Program-made: the position numbers and the translations under genes | In this document: positions 62,680 to 64,000 of the stretch, in pieces | How positions within the stretch are numbered: position 1 is the stretch's first letter | Layout of the letters: each line of letters begins with the position of its first letter | Notes under the pieces: model-generated | The model's database searches: none | Told to the model about the DNA's origin: nothing | What the model saw: the letters and a program-made list of their open reading frames with translations, nothing else | NCBI GenBank assembly: GCA_977862235.1 | Contig: OZ374563.1 | Location: 1,922,001 to 1,986,000, forward strand | Source: Dudresnaya verticillata | Lineage: Eukaryota | Direction: 5' to 3' | DNA: 64,000 nucleotides

Positions 62680-64000
62680 TGGTATTGGACCTCAGGGCTG
62701 CTTGTCATGGTCTCCCAAGCTATCCCTCTCAACATTATGGGAGCTATCGTACTGAATAGGGCAACCAGTTTGGAAACAAGAGGAGGAGAACGAATCCCTT
62801 CTACATATAATCGAGCCATGGTCCAGAGCGAGGTTGCGAAGCCACTGAGAAGCAGCGGCCGGTTCGTGCAGGTTTTCAAGTTTTTAGCCCTGAACAGGGA
62901 GCAAGAGCGCATCAAAATGGGGTTTCTGCAGGTCCCGCGTGGCTACACGGATTCAGCGCTGACGGAAGCTCTGAAGAAGGCACAACTCATGTGCCCAGCA
63001 TACCCGTTCGTATTCTCCAAAGACCCCAAGGCCATGCAGGAACATCGGGGGAGCGATATGCCCCAGAACGGTGTGGAAATAGCCGTTATGGCTCGTGCCC
63101 CAGGTCAACATGGCGGAGGGTTCTCGCTCGACCTCAGGAGCGAGTATCACTGCATCCCCTCCCCAGAAAGGCAGAAATTCGCATGCATGTCCTCTCTACA
63201 AACACCAAAACACAAGCTGCTGCGCCCAGGCACCAAGTCCCCAGTTCTGGTCGAAGAGAAGTCTCCCGAAGTACTTGTGGAGATAATGACAACATTATGT
63301 CCGGAGGGCGGGTCAGTTCTGGATATGCACAGCGGAACCATGACGACTGAGATTGCAGCTCTCAGAACAGATCGTCGGTGTACACTAGTCGAATCACAAG
63401 TCGAAACATTCAAGTTGGGGGCTGAACGTTTGCGTAGGCTTGCCACTAAAGCATATGAAATGAAGACAGGTCGTAAGCGGTTCGAATCAAGTACTCACGA
63501 GGAACTGAATGGTATAGGTGAGGCAACAATAGGTAGTGTTGTCAAAACAGATTCTGCTCAACGAACAAACCATTCAGTAACGAGTAAGGGACCTGAAATG
63601 TCCCATCTGACGACACCGTCGGAGAACGTATTGGATGACCCCGAAGAGAGTATCGAGAAGCATGGCAGGAGTGAAGACATAGTTGTAGGAAGTGTGAAGC
63701 TCAATGAAAAGTGCAAGAGAAGGAAAACACCTGAACCTTGTGAAATGCCCAAGGCCGGAGACAGAGTCACGCTTCTTGCAGATGATAGGGAAGTGGGGGA
63801 GGCCTTATTGCATCCTGAAAAGACTACAGGAGGGAACTGGAATGAACGCTTGCACGGCCACGATCTGTCAGAATCTGCCAAAGCAGGGGAGCATCTTGTG
63901 GTCGCGTACAGTTTGAAGGTCATGGTAGAGTATGAGCTAAGTTCGTATCCGTATATATTCAAGAGCGTAGAGGAACCTCCTGCCAATCTCAAGGGCCTAA
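62680..64000 (+). CDS. Beta-class N6A/N4C DNA methyltransferase-like domain plus C-terminal domain (open to the window end; absent from the ORF track)
   Basis: Frame 1 has no stop from 62680 to 64000. It reads EVAKPLRSSGRFVQVF ... EEKSPEVLVEIMTTLCPEGGSVLDMHSGTMTTEIAALRTDRRCTLVESQVETFKLGAERL (63253-63432), matching the N6_N4_Mtase motif X-I-II block. Catalytic motif IV is not clearly intact. Confidence 0.75.

Noticed and set aside
1..64000. Alternative genetic code or programmed readthrough explaining the in-frame stops
   Set aside because: Stops are a mix of TAA, TAG and TGA and come with many frameshifts, consistent with ordinary decay.
62680..64000. Bacterial contamination or a restriction-modification operon
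   Set aside because: The gene is embedded among eukaryotic transposon remnants, with no endonuclease or other bacterial genes. Read-level confirmation is still advisable.

Overview
Eukaryotic, almost gene-free, transposon-dense window. A red-algal-type genome is my guess from the element types; it cannot be proven here. The left half (1-33 kb) starts with a Sola2-like DDD transposase pseudogene. It is followed by a nested cluster of three decayed chromodomain-type Ty3/Gypsy LTR retrotransposons (one +, two -), solo LTRs with intact 5-bp target-site duplications (TSDs), and an unexplained antisense ORF. The right half (33-64 kb) holds remnants of large DNA transposons and their likely cargo: two Ulp1/C48 peptidase pseudogenes, a ParB/Srx-motif gene split by a solo LTR, a pogo-like DDE transposase, and a KDZ (Kyakuja-Dileera-Zisupton) transposase pseudogene. 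The most notable feature is divergent from the KDZ gene: an open + strand frame (62680 to the window end) that the ORF track missed because it has no stop codon in the window. It encodes a prokaryote-style beta-class N6A/N4C DNA methyltransferase domain, preceded by a weak ParB-like motif. This makes it a candidate methyltransferase-carrying KDZ transposon. No rRNA, tRNA or CRISPR array was found. All domain calls are by-eye motif recognition, not database searches.
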